Positions 9,382 to 19,130 of a stretch of 64,000 nt of DNA are shown one piece after another. The first letter of the stretch is position 1, and each line of letters starts with the position of its first letter. This DNA is from an uncultured virus (IMG/VR IMGVR_UViG_3300042465_003390) (taxonomy: Duplodnaviria > Heunggongvirae > Uroviricota > Caudoviricetes): IMG/VR virus record IMGVR_UViG_3300042465_003390, one strand, 5' to 3'. Under the pieces are notes generated by a model. It worked only from the letters and a program-made list of their open reading frames with translations. It ran no database searches and was not told where the DNA came from. Made by a program: the position numbers and the translations under genes.

Positions 9382-9635
9382 GCCCTAAGGCTTTTGTTAA
9401 TGCGACTGTTAGGGTCTCGCTTGGTCTTTTCGCTCGTAAGCTTCTTCTTCATGCCTGTCATCCGGGCACAAAAGGAAGCCCTACGACCCTTGTCTTCTTT
9501 GGTCTTAGGGCTCGGAGCTGGAGGCTTGAGGTTCATGCCCTGAGCCTTGGCTGACGCCCGCCCTTTTGCATTCAGGCCACCCTTAGGGTCTTTGCCTTCT
9601 GCCCTTTGCCACGCAGGGGATTTAGGTTTAGCCAA
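9369..9635 (-). CDS. Small basic protein (DUF6321-like)
   Basis: SPAWQR.EGK.PKGGLNAKGRAS...RR.SFCARM.GM...DPNSRINKSLRAW.C. Confidence 0.7.
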   Translation of the reverse strand: MAKPKSPAWQRAEGKDPKGGLNAKGRASAKAQGMNLKPPAPSPKTKEDKGRRASFCARMTGMKKKLTSEKTKRDPNSRINKSLRAWRC

Positions 9636-10128
9636 CTTCTACCTCCATTGCAGCCACAGAGCGACAAAACCTAACCACGTCGGTGTGCGAGAACTCCGCT
9701 TTGCACACATTATACATGTACACGACAAGTTGCACATTGTCCTTGGAGTACACCCCCGCACTGTCGATGCGATCCAAGGACGGCACCCAAGGGTTTTTCG
9801 CTTGAGTGGTGTCTGACGTCTGGGAGGTCAGATCAAAGGGAAGCCCTGTGACCTCGCAGTGACCAAAAAGGATTTTTTCCTCGATCCAGACGGAGCCGAA
9901 GTCTGGCGGGGGCCATCCCATATCCCTCGCTCTTTTTTGAGCGTTGCCGTACAGACGTTGCGCCCGCAACTTTACGGGGTTCCCCGCGTTCCAGCGAACC
10001 TTTGCACAAAAGTTGCACTCACCTGCACGACCCCCGCCAAAAGAAGCATCGGGCGCACCCCTCCCGCAGGAGGAGCAGACACCGTCCCATTCAGGTAGCT
10101 TGTAAGAGCGAGCTGGCGTCTTTGCCAT
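9628..10128 (-). CDS. HNH-like putative homing endonuclease
   Basis: CxxC pairs, CEVTGLPF, PSLDRIDS..VY.KDNVQLV...N..K. Confidence 0.75.
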   Translation of the reverse strand: MAKTPARSYKLPEWDGVCSSCGRGAPDASFGGGRAGECNFCAKVRWNAGNPVKLRAQRLYGNAQKRARDMGWPPPDFGSVWIEEKILFGHCEVTGLPFDLTSQTSDTTQAKNPWVPSLDRIDSAGVYSKDNVQLVVYMYNVCKAEFSHTDVVRFCRSVAAMEVEVG

Positions 10129-10132
10129 GGGA

Positions 10133-10660
10133 TCATCCGTAGTAGATATTTATTGAGGCAAGCTCATCGGCATAAACATAAACGCTAATCCGAGCCAACA
10201 ATCCGTTGCCGGGGATTGTGAACCCGTTAAAGAATATGTCGCTAGCCGATGTATGATAGGTAGCCATCCATCGAGCATTGTTTCCATCTACTACAGCCGA
10301 AACATAACGGCACACTGTAGAGGTAGCAATTGTACCGCTGTTGATGTCAGTGATGGTAAACGTATTTGCATCAGTGACCGTGATCGGGTAGTTCCCCGGA
10401 GTCGCAATAACGCCGCTGGCCTCTTCATAAGAAATGCCAACGAAATCACCAGTCTTTAACCCGTGAGCATTTTTGGTAACAGTAACTACCGCCAAAGAAC
10501 GCCCATAAGTAGCTGCTGTTGGGGCCACATCAGTGTCCCATAGCTCCAAAATGCCAGCAGCTGCGCTACCTACAACATCGATAGCCTTTACGGCAGCTCG
10601 CCCTTTGTAGATAAACCCACTGCTGTGCAGATGGCCAGATCGAACGTATACGTCGTCCAT
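10133..10660 (-). CDS. Putative virion structural protein
   Basis: Late operon; V.K.AHGL.TGD and Y.ITV.DANTFTI motif seen in tail proteins. Confidence 0.55.
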   Translation of the reverse strand: MDDVYVRSGHLHSSGFIYKGRAAVKAIDVVGSAAAGILELWDTDVAPTAATYGRSLAVVTVTKNAHGLKTGDFVGISYEEASGVIATPGNYPITVTDANTFTITDINSGTIATSTVCRYVSAVVDGNNARWMATYHTSASDIFFNGFTIPGNGLLARISVYVYADELASINIYYG

Positions 10661-10672
10661 GAGAGACTCCTA

Positions 10673-11269
10673 TTAGGCGTCGTAGCCGAAGATTTCGATC
10701 AGCAGACGACCTGCGGTGTAGGCCGCGTTAGCGGTGCCCTGACCAACGAGGTAGAGATACTGGTTGGCAGCGATGTTGGTGCCGAAGACCGCCGACCCCA
10801 AAGCCAAAGTGCCGGAGTTGATGATCTGGGTTTCGGTCAGGGTCGAGATCGCGACATCCTCTACGCCCGTACCTTCGGTGGCCGAGTACAGGTCAATGTC
10901 GGTGTCGCCGCCAGCCGGAAGCTCATAGCAGGTCATACGAACGCCGAACACGGTGCCGTTGTCGGCGGTCGTGATCCGAGCAATGTAAGCCACGCCCGCA
11001 CCGTTAGTACCAATGATGTCGCCAGCCGTGCCGCCAGACTGCAGGCCAGTCAGGTCAATCATGATCGAGGTGGTCACGATGCCATTGTTGCGGGCAACGG
11101 AGGTCTCGTAGACCGTACCCGTACCAGCGGTGATGCCAACACCTGCGGGGTTCGCGATGCCAAAACCGAACGAACCAGTGAGGGTTTCGGCTCCGCTGTC
11201 TGCGTTTACGGAAATGGTCTGAAAGCCGTTCTGTGAGCGGACGGGGCCGCTGAAAGTTGTATTAGCCAT
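10673..11269 (-). CDS. Putative virion structural (decoration) protein
   Basis: MANTTFSGPVRS.NGF N-terminus, directly downstream of the capsid gene. Confidence 0.65.
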   Translation of the reverse strand: MANTTFSGPVRSQNGFQTISVNADSGAETLTGSFGFGIANPAGVGITAGTGTVYETSVARNNGIVTTSIMIDLTGLQSGGTAGDIIGTNGAGVAYIARITTADNGTVFGVRMTCYELPAGGDTDIDLYSATEGTGVEDVAISTLTETQIINSGTLALGSAVFGTNIAANQYLYLVGQGTANAAYTAGRLLIEIFGYDA

Positions 11270-11378
11270 GGTAGTACCCCTTGCACAAGGATTCGCCGCG
11301 CAGTCTGTGCATCGTCAGGTCGGGCGTCCTGTCTGCGTGGCTGATGTTACCCTGCGCGCAGTGTACACGCCGTAGAGT

Positions 11379-11410
11379 AAAAAAGAAAGGCCCACCGAAG
11401 CGGGCCTTTC
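11379..11410 (-). terminator. Rho-independent terminator after the major capsid gene
   Basis: Minus-strand hairpin GAAAGGCCCGC-TTCG-GTGGGCCTTTC followed by a T-run. Confidence 0.85.
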
Positions 11411-11438
11411 ACTACATACCCGAAGGGTATGTAGGGGG

Positions 11439-12344
11439 TTATGCACCCGGCGAACCGTAGATGCCCAGCGGATCAGAGACGCCAAACGAATAACGCTCCC
11501 GAGCCTTGTAGCGAACGTTTCCGGTGTCAAAATCGCCATCCATCGCGGTCTGCATCGCAGTACGCACGAAGTGCTTCATGCCATTCGGAACGTCCGTGGT
11601 CAGGAACCATGCATCAGAATCAGTAAGATAGTGATTAACACGGTAGCCTTCCGGGATCGAACCGTTCGACTTGAGAGCGTTGATGTCATTATCGGCGGTG
11701 CCGACACGCAGCTCGGTCTGCAGCAGACGAGTTGCAACAAACATCAGAGACGGCGGCACGATCAACTTGCGCGGACGTGCAGCAATCAGCAGGCCACGCT
11801 CGTCAGTGTATGCTGCGATATCAATCACAGCCTGTTCGAGCGAGGTTTCGTTGAGGTCAGCCGCGACCGACGGACGGTTGGCGTTGTTGGTGCCAGCCAC
11901 AGTCGGGTGCGTCGTGCTGAACAGGAACGCGCCGTCACCGGAGGTGAAGACGTCGAACCCGGTGTTCAGCAGCGATGCTGCCTTAACCTGCTTGGTATAA
12001 GCCATGGCGCGAGCCAGAGCCTTCGTATAACGCGCAGACAGCGAGTCATACAGGTTATCTTCCATCGCTTCTTCAGTGATGGAGAAGCCCATTGCCACGG
12101 TTTCGTGGTTGTAACGGGCAGTGAAAGATTCCTGTGCGTTGTCATACGAAAGAGATGCACCTTCGGCTTTCACCGGAGCTGCGCCAAAACCAGACAGCTT
12201 GACTTCTTCTTCGAAGCTACGCTCAGAGGTTTCGGTTTCGTAGATTTCTGCGTGCTCGTTTTCGTACTTACCGTACTCAAAACCGAACAGGGCGTTAAGA
12301 CCCGGCAGGAGTTCTTTCAGAAGTTGGGCGCGTGAAATAGCCAT
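11439..12344 (-). CDS. Major capsid protein
   Basis: MAISRAQLLKELLPGLNALFG...SERSFEEE...ARY.HET.A.GFSITEEA...GDFDTGNVRYKARERYSFG; position after the scaffold; followed by a terminator. Confidence 0.85.
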   Translation of the reverse strand: MAISRAQLLKELLPGLNALFGFEYGKYENEHAEIYETETSERSFEEEVKLSGFGAAPVKAEGASLSYDNAQESFTARYNHETVAMGFSITEEAMEDNLYDSLSARYTKALARAMAYTKQVKAASLLNTGFDVFTSGDGAFLFSTTHPTVAGTNNANRPSVAADLNETSLEQAVIDIAAYTDERGLLIAARPRKLIVPPSLMFVATRLLQTELRVGTADNDINALKSNGSIPEGYRVNHYLTDSDAWFLTTDVPNGMKHFVRTAMQTAMDGDFDTGNVRYKARERYSFGVSDPLGIYGSPGA

Positions 12345-12355
12345 GTCACAACTCC

Positions 12356-12967
12356 TTACAGGCCGACGTTGTTAGTCATCTGATGAGCGCCCGGATTGAA
12401 CTTTACAAGTACATCCGGAAACGCATCACTTGCAGGTGACACATGAGCAACGATGCGGAATGCAGCCGCTGCGGTTTGGACGGTGGCATCCAGTGCCGAA
12501 GTCGAGTTACCTGTCGAGGTCGAGCCTGTCGAGGTAGACTGAGCTGCAGCAAAGAACGTGTTGGTGCCAATGACCGTCTGAGCACCTGACCCGTCAAGCT
12601 GTGCTTGGAACAGGACGTTGGGGTCATCGACGACATAAGCTTTAATCGTGCCACCGTTGGCAGTACCAGAGGGGTAGTATTGTGCCTGAACGAGTTGCCC
12701 CGAAGAGTTCACATACTCACAACCAACGAAGACGCCGATAGCGCCGACACCAGTCGTGCCGCTGATGCTGTTCGTGGTCAGGTCGGAACCCGTCCCGGTA
12801 GCAAGAGCAATGTATCCATCCGCGCCAATGATGACGACTTGACCGTAGAACAGGTTCGTCGCTTCACCAGCCGGATCGATGAGGTACTGGGACGTAGCCC
12901 CAGCGTAAGGCATACCGTCGGCGCGTTTCACCGGACGAAGGCCATAAGGAGCGGCAGTAGTAGCCAT
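12356..12967 (-). CDS. Putative capsid-associated (cement/minor head) protein
   Basis: APYGLRPV...GVFVGCEY...AYVVDDPNVLF; immediately upstream of the capsid gene. Confidence 0.65.
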   Translation of the reverse strand: MATTAAPYGLRPVKRADGMPYAGATSQYLIDPAGEATNLFYGQVVIIGADGYIALATGTGSDLTTNSISGTTGVGAIGVFVGCEYVNSSGQLVQAQYYPSGTANGGTIKAYVVDDPNVLFQAQLDGSGAQTVIGTNTFFAAAQSTSTGSTSTGNSTSALDATVQTAAAAFRIVAHVSPASDAFPDVLVKFNPGAHQMTNNVGL

Positions 12968-13012
12968 ATCTCATCCTCCTAGATTTCAACAAAGGCAAGC
13001 GACTGTTTAGGT

Positions 13013-13456
13013 TCACTTACCAAACGAAGTTCGCGTAGCACGTTCTGGTTTCAAAACGGGCATGCGAGGGTCTGAGTTCTTGAGGTAGTTGTTGTCCACA
13101 GCACTCATTTGACTTTCGGCCATAGTGCGCTGGGCATCCATCCTTGCCTCAACTTTTTCGGTTGCGTTTTGACAAAGCAGCAAGCCACCGACCTCAATGT
13201 TGTCCTTAAATCGAGAGTCGATATCGGACACAATTTGAAGGCTTGGATGATCAACTGCACGGACAGGTGTCCAACCCTCACGAAATCTGGAAGAAACATT
13301 CGTATTGTCTGCTTTACCCAGAGTCGATGTGCGAATCCAGCGGTAGGTGATGCCATCGCGGGGTTCGGGGGTAGGCAGCATCGAAGGTCTTTCCCATGTC
13401 ACCTTGCGTTTACCCTCTTCTCGGGTTTCAGCGTTGCGTGGGGTGCGATCCGTCAT
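13013..13456 (-). CDS. Conserved head-module hypothetical protein
   Basis: W..PS.LP.P....G..YRWIR...EGW.PV...VGGLLLC. Confidence 0.65.
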   Translation of the reverse strand: MTDRTPRNAETREEGKRKVTWERPSMLPTPEPRDGITYRWIRTSTLGKADNTNVSSRFREGWTPVRAVDHPSLQIVSDIDSRFKDNIEVGGLLLCQNATEKVEARMDAQRTMAESQMSAVDNNYLKNSDPRMPVLKPERATRTSFGK

Positions 13457-14406
13457 TTGTTCATTTCCTTCAACAATTGCGCCGCATATTGTTCATTTGA
13501 CAGCCCAAGTCGCTTGGCGAGAGCGACCTGCGTCGAGGTCAGTTGCACTTTGCGTGGTTTCTTTCCGCTCCTTGCAGCGGGGGCGACCACGTTACCAGCT
13601 TGACGGAGGGGTGCCGTTTCCTCAATTTTCCCACTGTCAAACCTATCCGGGAACATGCGGCGAACCGCACGGTCAATTTGATTGTAATACTCATCGCTTC
13701 GCGGATCAACTCCACTTCTTACGAGCTTCTCGTGAAGCCCATAAGCGTATCCGGTCATTTCAGAGTCTCGCTCGAACCAAGTGTTCTTCTGGGCCCAAGA
13801 CATTGCCTTCTCGTCGGGACGAGGCGGCTGTGGCTGCGGTCTTGTATATTCCGGTGCAGGGGTTTGAGCCTGACGCGGTTGCGGGCGATAGCTGTCATAC
13901 CGCAACTTTTCGGTTTGAAGCGCGGTCAAACGCTCTTGCGCCTCAATTAGCGCATCTGAGTCGCCAGCCTCATAGGCTGCCTTGTAAGCTGCCTTTGCTT
14001 TATCTAGCTCGGCAGCAACGCGACCCTTAGCCTGATTAACGAGAACGCCTTCGCCCTCTTCAAGTGTTTTGCGAAGCTTGTCGTTTTCAGCCTTAACCTG
14101 CTGGGCGTAGCGCAGCGCCTCTTCCTGAAGACGAGCGGCCTCTTCTTTGCGGCGGCGCTCTTCGTGGTATTCAAACTTCAACTGCTTGATGCGCTTCTGC
14201 ACACCTTCGCTGTAAGATTGAATTTCATCGTCTTCTGGAACCTGAGCCTCGGCATCATCCGCACGACGCGCCTTGCCGCGATCCGGTTCTGGCGTGTCGT
14301 CGATTACCTCGATCTCGAAGTCTTCATCTTCAGATTTGTTCGATTGAACTTTTGAGGAGGTCTCTTCCTCAAATTCAAAATCGTCTTTTTCCATTACGCG
14401 ATTCAT
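13453..14406 (-). CDS. Putative scaffolding protein
   Basis: Acidic N-terminus, long coiled coil, W...N.WF, C-terminal LT..QV..AKRLG....YA; lies between portal and capsid. Confidence 0.7.
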   Translation of the reverse strand: MNRVMEKDDFEFEEETSSKVQSNKSEDEDFEIEVIDDTPEPDRGKARRADDAEAQVPEDDEIQSYSEGVQKRIKQLKFEYHEERRRKEEAARLQEEALRYAQQVKAENDKLRKTLEEGEGVLVNQAKGRVAAELDKAKAAYKAAYEAGDSDALIEAQERLTALQTEKLRYDSYRPQPRQAQTPAPEYTRPQPQPPRPDEKAMSWAQKNTWFERDSEMTGYAYGLHEKLVRSGVDPRSDEYYNQIDRAVRRMFPDRFDSGKIEETAPLRQAGNVVAPAARSGKKPRKVQLTSTQVALAKRLGLSNEQYAAQLLKEMNK

Positions 14407-14771
14407 GCTCGGCTATACCCCCGTGGATCGTCAACAACCGCCTCGACGGTGTCGTCGTTGATGAGTCGAAACTCTGTCCCATGAATCTTAAATCTCGTGC
14501 CTGAGTACGAACGGAAGATCACGAAGTCGCCTTCTTTGCAGTAAGCGCCATTCGGAAACTTTTTTTCGTCTTTGTAGGCATCTGGCCCAAGCTTCATGAC
14601 AAAGCCAATAATTGACGCTGTTTCTTCAGCAGTCTTCAAGCCGTCTGGAAGGAAGACACCGCCTTCGGTTTTTTCGCTGATTTCCGGAACGCCAATAAGG
14701 ACTTTGTATCCCTGAGGCTGCGGTAGTTTGGACGCTACGCGCTCGTCTGTTGTATTCTCACCCGTGTACAT
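14403..14771 (-). CDS. groES: Phage co-chaperonin GroES (Cpn10)
   Basis: P.GYKVLI...EKTEGGVFLP...G.V..LGP...GD.V.F..YSGT......FRLINDD.V.AVV. Confidence 0.85.
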   Translation of the reverse strand: MYTGENTTDERVASKLPQPQGYKVLIGVPEISEKTEGGVFLPDGLKTAEETASIIGFVMKLGPDAYKDEKKFPNGAYCKEGDFVIFRSYSGTRFKIHGTEFRLINDDTVEAVVDDPRGYSRA

Positions 14772-14859
14772 TCTCGTTCCTGCAGTGATTTAAGGCTCAC
14801 AGTCACCCTGCGCGGACTACCCGCGAAGCTCTCCCAGTTTGCAAGATACCCTAAAAGTT

Positions 14860-15048
14860 CTAACTTTCAACGTATCTTTTTTCTATGTCCGCTATTTCTC
14901 CTTCTATGATACACAGGGCTTCGTATCGGCCAACGGCACGATTGTATTTTTCGAAGCTATCCGCGCCACCACCCGCGAGAAATTGTTCTAGACTTTGCTT
15001 GGACTCTTGTATCGTGCGCCTTATCAGCGCGATCACAGTATCATCCAT
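14860..15048 (-). CDS. Hypothetical protein
   Basis: Small ORF coupled to the portal stop. Confidence 0.55.
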   Translation of the reverse strand: MDDTVIALIRRTIQESKQSLEQFLAGGGADSFEKYNRAVGRYEALCIIEGEIADIEKRYVES

Positions 15049-17485
15049 CTCCCTTAGCAAGCTCCTTTGCTATTTCGATTCCAAGTTTTGCGCCAGCCTG
15101 TTTGTCTTCACGCTGTCCTTTGTCAAGTTCCGCAGCGAGTCGAGCACCAATCTGCGCGCCAGCCCTTTGGTTTTCGGAAGTAATCCGCTGGGCCTGAAGC
15201 TGTGCGTTGGTTTGCTTGTTCAGCGCATCAAGCTGCAGCTTTGCTTCGTCCATTTTGATCTTATGCTGCAGTTCCTGCTGCTTGAGCTGAAGCTCTTGTT
15301 GCTGCATCTGCACAACAGGGTCTTGCATTTGCTGCTGTGCCTGCGCGGCCTGAGCTTCGGCCTGATCCTTTTGGAGGAGTTTTTCTGCTGCATCTTTGGC
15401 AAGGCGAGAGATTTCGATCTCGACATCCTCGGGCAGTGCCTGATCTTCGTTTGGCAATTCGACACCAAGCATCTTCTCGATGTTGCGACGATACTGGAAT
15501 GCAACGTGCTCGGTAACATGCGCTGCCATAGCCTGACCGATTGCCTGAGCAAACGGCGACTGACCAACTAGTTCGCGCATCTTCGGGTCTTGCATCGCCG
15601 CCATGTGGACAGCGATATGAGCTTCGTGATCTTGGTACTTGAATGCCTTCACTGGCTCTTGCTTCAGCATCATCATGTTTTCGGTCACTGGGTCTGCTGG
15701 CTTGATGTCTTCCGGCAGCTTGATGATGTCGCTTGCGTCCTGAATGCCAAGAACCTCCAGCATTTGACGGTGAAGCTTTCCCATGTCGTAGAGTTGGGGT
15801 GCCTGCTGTGCAAGTTGTAGGGCGGCTTGATACTGCATGATCCGCTGCGCCATGGTGGCAGCATTCGGGTCAGAGACTGGGATAACATCAATGCGCTTGT
15901 CGAAATCCTCGATGCGATTGAAGTCACCATCCATTTCGTAGGTGTACTCGGCTGGCATGTAGTCATGGATGATCTTCGCAAGAATGCGAAGTTCATTCTT
16001 CATGGCAGCATGTAGGCGGGCCTGTACGCCGCTCATGACCTTCATGGAGCGTTCCATCAGTGCCAGCGTTGTACCAACGGGTGCCTGCGCGCTGATGTCG
16101 CCAACTTGAATATCTGCGACTGAGCCCACGCGGCGGCTCTCCTCAACGATATTCCCAAGAAGCGAGTATAGAACTGATGATGGTTCCTTGTAGGGAATGA
16201 ACGTGATCGAGTCGCGGATTGCTCCACCCGGTACGTCTACATCCCTAAATTCACCCGGCATAAGGGGCGTGTCGTCACCTTTGATGCGCAGGCCACGGGC
16301 TTTAAGACCAGCAGGAAGGTTTGACAAAGTGCCAGCATCAATGAGCTGACGCAGAATCGATGTCGCGGACTTGGCCAGTCCACCCATAAGGTGGATAAGA
16401 CCTGTGCCATAGAACCCTAGACCCGGAAGGTATTTGTAGTGGACGAAGTGCATCCGCTTCTTTTTCTTCTGGTCGTCTTCATACCAGTTCCTGCGGATGG
16501 CAAGAATCTCTTTGGATGACTTATCGATAGTCACCACATATGAGCGCGCGATCCCGTTTTCATCGTCAAATCCTTCTGGCATGTTCATGGTGACATGCAT
16601 TTCAAGAAGAGTGTGTCGGTCGTCATCCTCAACGACTGCACTCTCTCCATCAAGCTCGTCGTATTTGTCTTGGATGTCGGAGAAATCAGGCTCAGGATCG
16701 GGCAGCTCGATGTCTCGATACATGCCAGCAACTTGCATCTCCAAGATTTCATTCTTGGTTTTCTTCATGACATGCGTGTAGCGCGGGCACGTCATTAGGT
16801 CTGAGGCACCATAAGAGACAACGAAGTCTTCTGCCGGAATGAACATGGAGCATGGGCGCTCAAGGATGGGGTCGTAGTAGACCTTCTTGAACGAAGAGCC
16901 AGCAAGCGGAAGCTTGAACAGCATCTGCTCCATCTCATCGCGGTATTCGGTCATTTCCTCGGTGATGATGTAGTTCATCTCCGTCTTTACCCGGTCAGCC
17001 TGATCCATTTTCTCAGGCGTCAGCTTTCCCATGATCTTAGTACGAACTGGGCCAGAGGCCGGATAAAGCTCACTCATGGCCTGTGCTTGGAAGCGAACAA
17101 CGGCTTCGGTCAGGACGGGGTGGAACACACCAGAGGCACCCTGCCACGGCTGGCTGCGCTCTTCGATCTTCATGCCGAGAAGGTCTAGGCCTTTGACATA
17201 GGCTCGTGCCCACTCCTTGCGGGATTCCCGGTCTGAATTGAAATCGTCGATAAGTTCGGAAGCCATGGCCTGAAGGTCGGCCTCGTCAATAAACTCAGCA
17301 AGGTTGGAATCGTGATCTGGCGCATCAGTCTCTTCGGAGTCATCGCCTTCGAAGTCAATGATCACACCACCGTCTTCTGTGTTGATGGACACAGCTTCCG
17401 GGTTGACGATCTCAACTTCGATTTCCTCGGCATCGGTGCCTTCGATGTCGAAGTCCGACGGCTCCATGCGCTTTTCAATAGCCAT
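15041..17485 (-). CDS. Portal protein (P22-like, long C-terminal coiled coil)
   Basis: 814 aa directly after terL; PW.GASGV.HP, LPLAGS.FKKVYYD, GFYG.GLIH..GG; Q-rich C-terminal barrel. Confidence 0.85.
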   Translation of the reverse strand: MAIEKRMEPSDFDIEGTDAEEIEVEIVNPEAVSINTEDGGVIIDFEGDDSEETDAPDHDSNLAEFIDEADLQAMASELIDDFNSDRESRKEWARAYVKGLDLLGMKIEERSQPWQGASGVFHPVLTEAVVRFQAQAMSELYPASGPVRTKIMGKLTPEKMDQADRVKTEMNYIITEEMTEYRDEMEQMLFKLPLAGSSFKKVYYDPILERPCSMFIPAEDFVVSYGASDLMTCPRYTHVMKKTKNEILEMQVAGMYRDIELPDPEPDFSDIQDKYDELDGESAVVEDDDRHTLLEMHVTMNMPEGFDDENGIARSYVVTIDKSSKEILAIRRNWYEDDQKKKKRMHFVHYKYLPGLGFYGTGLIHLMGGLAKSATSILRQLIDAGTLSNLPAGLKARGLRIKGDDTPLMPGEFRDVDVPGGAIRDSITFIPYKEPSSVLYSLLGNIVEESRRVGSVADIQVGDISAQAPVGTTLALMERSMKVMSGVQARLHAAMKNELRILAKIIHDYMPAEYTYEMDGDFNRIEDFDKRIDVIPVSDPNAATMAQRIMQYQAALQLAQQAPQLYDMGKLHRQMLEVLGIQDASDIIKLPEDIKPADPVTENMMMLKQEPVKAFKYQDHEAHIAVHMAAMQDPKMRELVGQSPFAQAIGQAMAAHVTEHVAFQYRRNIEKMLGVELPNEDQALPEDVEIEISRLAKDAAEKLLQKDQAEAQAAQAQQQMQDPVVQMQQQELQLKQQELQHKIKMDEAKLQLDALNKQTNAQLQAQRITSENQRAGAQIGARLAAELDKGQREDKQAGAKLGIEIAKELAKGDG

Positions 17486-17495
17486 TCACAAGCTC

Positions 17496-19004
17496 CTAGT
17501 AGTACTCGACTGGCCTGCGATATTTTGGCTCGTCATCCCAGTCATCAGATTCGGCCCTCACCCAGCCACCTTGCCTGAACCTTAGCAGAGCTTGAGTGGT
17601 CGAGTCCACAAAGTCATCGTGCTCCCCAGAAGGAAACGCGGCGCATTCCTCGATGACCTCTTCTGCCCATCGCGTGGGAGGATACCATATCGCTCCGCTG
17701 GCGAACAGGTCTGTAACTGCGTTCACCCTCGCGATCTTATCCTGCCCCCGTGAGGGAGTGAACTCTGTCACTGGAATGCCCATGGCCCTAAGCTCAAAGA
17801 TCAATGGCGCACCAGATGCTTTCTTTTCAACGATCATCTGGTCAGGGTCAAATTCTTTGAACTTATCGTAAGCTGCACGCTTTAGGTCTGGGAACTCAAG
17901 CTTCTCCTTGTAGGCATCCAGTAGGATAATGTTTGGCATAGACTTGCCATTCTTGTCCGGGTGATAGAACACACCCCACGTCGTGCAGGCGCTGTAGTCG
18001 CTTCGCTGCGTTTTCAAGAATGCGGTGTCCCAAGACTGGATGATAGCTTCGCAGGAGGGAGGTTCCTCATCCGGCCACTCTCGCCACCAGTCTCTCTTGA
18101 TGAGTGCCCCCTCTTCAGAGGTTGGGTCTTGCTGATACTGGGCAGACCACTTCGAGATAGAAAGTTCTGCCTTCAGTGCTTCCAGTTCTTCCAATGACCA
18201 GAACTCAGGCCAGAGAGGGTTTCCTGATGGCATGATTGCCGGGAACTCAATCACCTCCCAGTCATCCATGCCCTTGCGGTCTCCCGTGGATTTCAGAATC
18301 TGACCTGTCAGGTCTCGCTTTGCCCATCGGGTCATAACGATGATGATGGCACCACCGGGCTGGAGACGCTGACGTGGGCCGGAGGTATACCATTCATAGA
18401 CCCGGTCATAGACTTCCGGGTTGAACTGCCCCTGCTGTGCCTCTTGTTCAGAATGCGGGTCGTCAATGATCAACAGGTCAGCACCTTTACCAGTGACGGC
18501 ACCACCAACACCGATAGCGAAGTAGTCGCCGCGCTTGTTGGTGTTCCAGCGACCAGCGGCCTTTGAGTCTGACGACAGCGTGATGCCGGAGAAAACCTTA
18601 TTGAAGTCTTCTGACTGAATCAGGTTCCTGACCTTACGACCAAAGCCGACGGCCAGTTCCGCAGTGTGTGCCGTCTGAATGACCTTCTTTTCTGGGAACT
18701 TTCCAAGAAACCAAGCAGGCAGCAGGTAAGACGCGAACTCTGACTTGGTGTGTCGAGGTGGCATGTTGATGATGAGGCGCTTCAACTCTCCGCGCGCCAC
18801 ACGCTCGAAGGCCTCGGCCATTGTCTTGTGATGCTTGCCGCCGATAAAGCTCGGCCACATCATCCTGACAAATGCCATGAAGTTATCCTTCGCGGCAGTT
18901 TTGTTCTCAGCCTCCTCAAGCTCCGTCAGGAGATCAAGGAGCTTGGCCTGCTCCTCCAGTGGTAGGGTTCCGATCTTGTCCTTCAGTGCGGCAAGACTGC
19001 TCAT
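17496..19004 (-). CDS. terL: Terminase large subunit
   Basis: LIINMPPRHTKS (Walker A), LLIIDDPH (Walker B), QSWDTAF and HDDFVDSTTQAL (RNase H-like nuclease); AGGAG RBS before ATG 19004. Confidence 0.92.
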   Translation of the reverse strand: MSSLAALKDKIGTLPLEEQAKLLDLLTELEEAENKTAAKDNFMAFVRMMWPSFIGGKHHKTMAEAFERVARGELKRLIINMPPRHTKSEFASYLLPAWFLGKFPEKKVIQTAHTAELAVGFGRKVRNLIQSEDFNKVFSGITLSSDSKAAGRWNTNKRGDYFAIGVGGAVTGKGADLLIIDDPHSEQEAQQGQFNPEVYDRVYEWYTSGPRQRLQPGGAIIIVMTRWAKRDLTGQILKSTGDRKGMDDWEVIEFPAIMPSGNPLWPEFWSLEELEALKAELSISKWSAQYQQDPTSEEGALIKRDWWREWPDEEPPSCEAIIQSWDTAFLKTQRSDYSACTTWGVFYHPDKNGKSMPNIILLDAYKEKLEFPDLKRAAYDKFKEFDPDQMIVEKKASGAPLIFELRAMGIPVTEFTPSRGQDKIARVNAVTDLFASGAIWYPPTRWAEEVIEECAAFPSGEHDDFVDSTTQALLRFRQGGWVRAESDDWDDEPKYRRPVEYY

Positions 19005-19130
19005 GTGGCTCTCCTTTGTGGCGGCAGACAGACGCGGGTGGGGTGCGCCTGCCTGCCTATGAGGCACGGGTGGGAGAAACCCAAACCTCACGGCCCTAAG
19101 TATATAACTACTAACGCGCGCGCGTAATAG

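Noticed and set aside
11285..11325. Hammerhead ribozyme (CTGACGA on the minus strand)
   Set aside because: No GAAA core following a closed stem II, and the three-stem junction could not be built.
14403..14771. Phage GroES as a novelty
   Set aside because: Co-chaperonins in phage head modules are well known.
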